From: Rhina ancylostomus
Lineage: Eukaryota
Assembly: GCA_030265395.1 (NCBI GenBank)
Contig: JARFYF010000058.1
Span: 21,498,655 to 21,562,654, forward strand
Direction: 5' to 3'
DNA: 64,000 bases
Positions 63,461-64,000 of the stretch are shown here, one piece after another (within the stretch, counting starts at the first letter, position 1; each line of letters starts with the position of its first letter). The translations under genes were made by a program, and so were the position numbers. Below the pieces are notes generated by a model. It saw only the letters and a list, made by a program, of their open reading frames with translations, was not told the DNA's origin and did not search any database.

Positions 63461-64000
63461 CTTCTTAGGCAGTCCCTCAGGATTGAGACTGACTTGCTTG
63501 CACTCCAGTTTTGTGGGTTCTAGGGTGGAAGAAGAGGCCATTGTGGGAACTGCAGACTCTTCCACCAATAGGACAGGAGGTGACGGATGAGATGGGCAGG
63601 TGGATAGTTTGTGAGGTGGTTCACTCCTGCCGCCGATGCAGGGCTTCTATGTACATCTAATGCATGGATCCCAGGTTCTCAGTACCATCCCAAATGCTCC
63701 TTCTCAACTTTGAGTGATGATGGGCCAGAGGTTCCCAGAAGATGTTGGGTATGTTGCTTTTCAGGAAGATTTGAGCAAATCCTTGACATTTTTTCTCTGC
63801 TCTCCTGTTAGTTCCTCCCACAACAGAGTTTGGAATAGAATGTCTAATTTGGGAGTCTAGTGACATGCACATGATATGGCTTGCCCAACATAGCCAATTA
63901 ACTGTAACTAGGGTCTCAGTGCTGGGCATGTTGGCCTGCAGGGGAAGTTAATATTGGCTCACTTATCCTTCCAGAGAACTTGTAAGATTTTGAGGAGACA
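63461..64000 (-). mobile_element. RTE (BovB-type) LINE 3' end, continuing beyond the window
   Basis: Reverse strand CLLKILQVLWKDK, NIPNIFWEPLAHHHSKLRRSIWDG and GRVCSSHNGL; terminal GAGGGACTGCCTAAGAAG. Confidence 0.85.

Noticed and set aside
1-64000. CRISPR array, operons, rRNA, endogenous viral genes, DNA transposase
   Set aside because: None seen; the sequence is repeat-rich vertebrate non-coding DNA.

Overview
Vertebrate nuclear DNA from a draft assembly with 11 N-gaps. It is most likely a shark or ray: the repeats include HE1-type V-SINEs, HER1/CR1 tails and Deu-domain SINEs. I found no recognisable intact protein-coding gene, rRNA, intact tRNA, CRISPR array or prokaryotic feature. The window reads as a long intron or intergenic region full of decayed retroelements (CR1, an L2/Crack-like LINE, Rex1/Babar, RTE, L1, Penelope-like elements, SINEs), separated by AT-rich unique stretches. 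All family calls come from my recall of motifs, not database searches, and TE boundaries are approximate (about +/-30 bp). The best second-look items are: (1) a covarying bulged 3' stem-loop shared by two Rex/Babar LINE tails and a V-SINE; (2) a ~375-bp foreign segment apparently co-inserted with a CR1 3' end inside a Rex LINE; (3) a ~65-bp Penelope-derived fold-back and a fossil hammerhead-ribozyme core; (4) a 5'-truncated tRNA-Lys(CTT) copy; (5) several orphan exon and recursive-splice-site candidates, plus motif-dense unique segments. None of these is demonstrated to be a new biological system.
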